24,581 nt of DNA from a virus (taxonomy: Duplodnaviria > Caudoviricetes), in the IMG/VR virus record IMGVR_UViG_3300026196_000024, positions 1 through 24,581 of that record. One strand, given 5' to 3'. The position numbers were made by a program, and so were the translations under genes. Under the pieces are notes generated by a model. That model was not told the origin of the DNA. It saw only the letters and a list, made by a program, of their open reading frames with translations, and ran no database searches. Numbering within the stretch: the stretch's first letter is position 1; each line of letters begins with the position of its first letter. Shown piece after piece: positions 24,298-24,581 of this stretch.

Positions 24298-24384
24298 ATG
24301 CAAAAGTACTTCGACTCCATCATCACTCAGTCCGGGGTAGCCGTAGACGGAGCTTGGATATTGACTGAATACGGGACGCTCTAG
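24298..24384 (+). pseudogene. 28-codon ORF, possible internally deleted tail fibre/tailspike remnant
   Basis: MQKYFDSIITQSGVAVDGAWILTEYGTL*. Sits between the fibre chaperone and the holin-like gene. Confidence 0.3.
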
Positions 24385-24442
24385 CACCGATGAACAATTG
24401 GACCGTTTGTAACAACATCCATTTTTAGGAGCCTGCATAGGA

Positions 24443-24581
24443 ATGCCACAGCCTCCAGATCCAGAAATAACAAGTGCCACCACCTGGATACTGCAGCACC
24501 TATGGGCTCCTCTCATGGCAGTCATCGGAGGAGGCATGGGTGCTATCTGGTCACAGCTCAACAGGCGCTTGGAAAACAAGG
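24443..24581 (+). CDS. Partial membrane protein, holin-like (runs off the right edge)
   Basis: AGGA upstream. MPQPPDPEITSATTWILQHLWAPLMAVIGGGMGAIWSQLNRRLENK... has one TM segment then a charged helix, and follows the tail genes. Confidence 0.5.
   Translation, partial: MPQPPDPEITSATTWILQHLWAPLMAVIGGGMGAIWSQLNRRLENK

Larger units (their letters stand above)
1..24581. mobile_element. Tailed phage/prophage segment (podovirus-like): end of early region plus packaging, head, ejection and tail modules
   Basis: Contiguous, often translationally coupled TerL, portal, scaffold, capsid, adaptor, nozzle and tail-fibre genes. No tape measure, sheath or host housekeeping genes are visible. Confidence 0.95.

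Noticed and set aside
489-24579. Many other overlapping ORF-track entries, such as 489..911, 3195..3719, 10674..11198, 12577..13068, 19067..19669 and 24157..24579
   Set aside because: Shadow frames of better-supported genes, with no SD, motifs or operon fit.
22770-24581. Diversity-generating retroelement or invertible tail-fibre cassette
   Set aside because: No reverse transcriptase, invertase or duplicated template/variable repeat is visible in the window.

Overview
This window is part of a tailed dsDNA phage or prophage with short-tail (podovirus-like) architecture, probably from a proteobacterial host. The left ~1 kb holds the start of a leftward early/replication operon: a partial replication-initiator-like gene, a 44-aa zinc ribbon and two hypotheticals. 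A divergent, hairpin-rich control region follows (1043-1570). The rest is a rightward late operon: small ORFs, TerS-like, TerL, portal, Ser/Thr-rich virion proteins, GNAT, three putative ejection proteins interrupted by an APS/PAPS-reductase-family gene, an antisense membrane ORF, FmdB-type zinc ribbon, scaffold, major capsid, decoration protein, terminator, a glycosyltransferase cassette, adaptor, nozzle, tail fibre plus chaperone and the start of a holin-like gene. The strongest candidate for an undescribed system is the cassette directly after the capsid genes. It encodes a three-domain GT-A + GT8-like + Maf/DUF115 protein and a second stand-alone Maf/DUF115 paralogue, which suggests virion glycosylation, possibly with flagellin-type nonulosonic acids. 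Other highlights are a promoter-hairpin-terminator unit with a CCUCCUCCC ('cuckoo'-like) loop, a 19-bp-spacer promoter containing a dyad, an ejection module placed between portal and scaffold, and a 28-codon possible tail-fibre remnant. All family calls come from motif recognition by eye, not from database searches.
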